From positions 304,507,882 to 304,571,881 of the forward strand of contig NC_133618.1 in the NCBI RefSeq assembly GCF_048593235.1: DNA of 64,000 nt, written 5' to 3'. The notes under the pieces are model-generated. The model saw only the letters and a list, made by a program, of their open reading frames with translations. It was not told the DNA's origin and did no database searches. The stretch is from Sminthopsis crassicaudata (Eukaryota). This document shows, piece after piece, positions 61,701-64,000 of the stretch. The position numbers were made by a program, and so were the translations under genes. Each line of letters starts with the position of its first letter. The first letter of the stretch is position 1.

Positions 61701-63766
61701 TGATGAAGGAAGAGTGCACTTTAGCATTCCCTCATCTAAAACTCCACTTCTCTTTAGCTCCTAACTCTAGAAATAATTCCTTTGTTTCCTTTTAAAAGGC
61801 TTTTTGCTCCTACTTTCTCCAGTCCCTCTGAATAATCAAAACAAGTAATGAGTCCCCAAAACCTTGCTATATTTCCAGCCAAGCAAGGGTTGACAAGGAT
61901 ATGGAAGAACAGTCATTGATGCTTTCATTAAATCACCTTTATGACCTTCATTTTACCTTTATGTAGTATAGAATATTAGTTTTGATTGTCCTAACCCTTA
62001 TCAAATATTTTAACCCTAAAACCATTTTAACAAGGGATAAGAAAGAACAACATGAATGAAGACTTGAAAGACTAATTTATATCCAAGTAAAGTAGAATTA
62101 TATAATTCAACTTGAAAATATGATATCTGAGCCTGCCTATTCTGTTTGGGGTGACAGTTTTTTCAGCAGTACCACTGGTTCTTGACAAGATATATTCATT
62201 AATTACATAGTACTCTGCACACAGCAGGTGCTCAATAAATGTTTTTTGGCAGTCATGGATGAGAATAAATTATAAGACACTGGAATACTTAGTCAATTCA
62301 TTAAAATTTTTGTCCACATTAACTGATGAAAATGAAGGCTTATATTCGGGAACTGTTACAAATAAAGGCATAGCTGACTATTAGGGAAAACGAAAGTATT
62401 GTTAGTTAAATGAAGTCAAACATATTTTGTGGGATAATATAGTACCATTTATATGGCCTCAGTGGGGAAAGAGGGATTCTATGTAAGTGAAGTTACAAAG
62501 ATAAAGTGTAAGTAGTAACATGGTATAATTTCTAAAAATCAGGACAACTTGAATTGTAATCTTCTCTCAGACAAATTTACCTACCTGATCCTGATATTAA
62601 CAGTGCCCCAGGCAATTCTCTGGGACTAAGAGCTGTTGATCAGCATTTGTAGAGGGAATTTTTACACTGGGAATGTTTTTCACTAATAAAAACACAATAC
62701 AATCACTAAATAAAAACATATAAGCAAACATAACAAAGGTGTAACCATTTGATTGATAATTTTAAAACAGTATTTTTTATGAAAAACTTTCTAAAATCTA
62801 ATTTCTCTTCCTGACTTCTTTAGAAAAATCATAATGAATATCAACTCAGAGTCATCATTATAATAAGCAATAAGCAATAATAATAATACAGAGATATTCT
62901 TAATAGCTCTTGAGATGTGTTAAGCTTTTTGTCTCTATGATAAATGGCCCCAGGATGCCATGTCTTTTGAACTTTTTAATATGCTTTTAGGAAGCAGAAT
63001 AGGAAGACTATTATTATTTTTTATCTTATATATTTACCTGTGGAAGTATTTTCCCCTTCCATATTTTTATGACAATCACTATATAGACATTTCTAAAGCA
63101 CATAAATATGGGCCAAGAAATAAGGTAAGGTATTTTGTCTTCTTAAAAAGCATTTTATATATGATTCCTATTTAGGGGTGATATTTTATATAATTGAGAT
63201 AACTTGATAAAGGACTTACATAATGAAGATTTTTAAAGATGAGGCATCTATTTCTATATTTGACATGGAGTTAACTTCTAAAACACAGTCACTATTCAGA
63301 CACCACAAATATAAACTCCACATATCTGAGGGCTTAAAAAGATTATAATATGATTAAATATGTGCAATTTTCTGGGGTACTTTTTCAGGATATAGAATTA
63401 AAGATTTTAGGCTGTGATTTGGCCTTAGAGAACTTCTGATCAAGCCCTTTCATTCTGAAAATAAGGAAATAGAAGGTATCAAGTCACACTAATTAAAAAA
63501 CAAATATTTAAATGAATGCCTATAGGATATTAGGTATTAGGAATACAAAAACTAAAATGTAAGGGTCCCTGCATTCAAGACATTTTTATTGAGAAGGGAA
63601 GATAAAAGAAATTAGGGAAGTAAGATAGTGAATAAAGGCAAGGACTGGTCTGAGACCTCCTCTAAACTTCTTCAAATACCTTTAAATAATGTCTCTAAGT
63701 AAATGATATAGCAGCATAACCCAAATAAAGATGGAGAGAAATAATTATCCAGATCAGTAGATAAGG

Positions 63767-64000
63767 TGTGTTGTACTGAAATGACAGTGGAATATGGTCC
63801 AGTGTTGGCCACAGAAGCAAAGGCAATGCAAACCAGGTCCCAGGAAACCTGAGGTGATTTCCAAATAACACCAGACACAAAAGACAGCTTAGAAGTAGGT
63901 AGGAAAGGCTTATCACACTGTCTGCCCTGAGTGGAATGTAATCCAGAGGATGCAGCACCAGATCATCCCCAATACCAGTAAACTAAGAGCAGGCCTTGTG
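63767..64000. mobile_element. Probable LTR running off the window end
   Basis: TG start and an abrupt shift to GC-balanced, LTR-like composition. No family recognised. Confidence 0.35.

Noticed and set aside
9640-63124. Scattered plus-strand exon-like segments (about 9643-9704, 17346-17437, 57615-57690, 62991-63124)
   Set aside because: Each is open in one frame, but their phases do not chain and no peptide is recognised. They show how easily such candidates arise by chance here.
1-64000. Any prokaryotic system (CRISPR, operon, defence island), rRNA, tRNA gene, NUMT or CpG-island promoter
   Set aside because: The sequence is mammalian repeat-rich DNA. There are no regularly spaced repeat-spacer arrays and no long ORFs. 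The only tRNA-related sequences are SINE heads and one retroviral PBS, and CpG is depleted throughout.

Overview
This is AT-rich, strongly CpG-depleted eukaryotic DNA, not prokaryotic. It is marsupial, most likely a dasyurid such as the Tasmanian devil, inferred from WSINE1- and MAR1-type SINEs and marsupial L1 3' ends. There are three assembly gaps (23087-23219, 33485-33667, 34478-34619). The window is intronic or intergenic and is dominated by transposable-element relics: L1, L2, L3/CR1, RTE, MIR/MAR1/WSINE1 SINEs, hAT MITEs and about a dozen ERV LTR pieces, most of them packed into 42.5-57 kb. I found no protein-coding gene I can name, and no rRNA, tRNA or CRISPR array. The supplied ORFs are short and are mostly explained by repeats, microsatellites or N runs. 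The best-supported curiosities are: (i) a betaretrovirus-like LTR with a tRNA-Lys1,2 primer-binding site, sitting behind a second related LTR; (ii) three solo LTRs of one family with different copy numbers of a 24-bp U3 repeat whose core matches the CORE-SINE motif; (iii) a nested LTR-in-LTR; (iv) a ~130-bp local duplication whose donor can be inferred; (v) young SINE and L1 insertions with perfect target-site duplications (TSDs); and (vi) a speculative phase-compatible chain of minus-strand exon-like segments that could be a decayed gene but could equally be chance pseudo-exons. Repeat family names come from my recall of consensus sequences, not from a database run. Repeat boundaries without a stated TSD are approximate.
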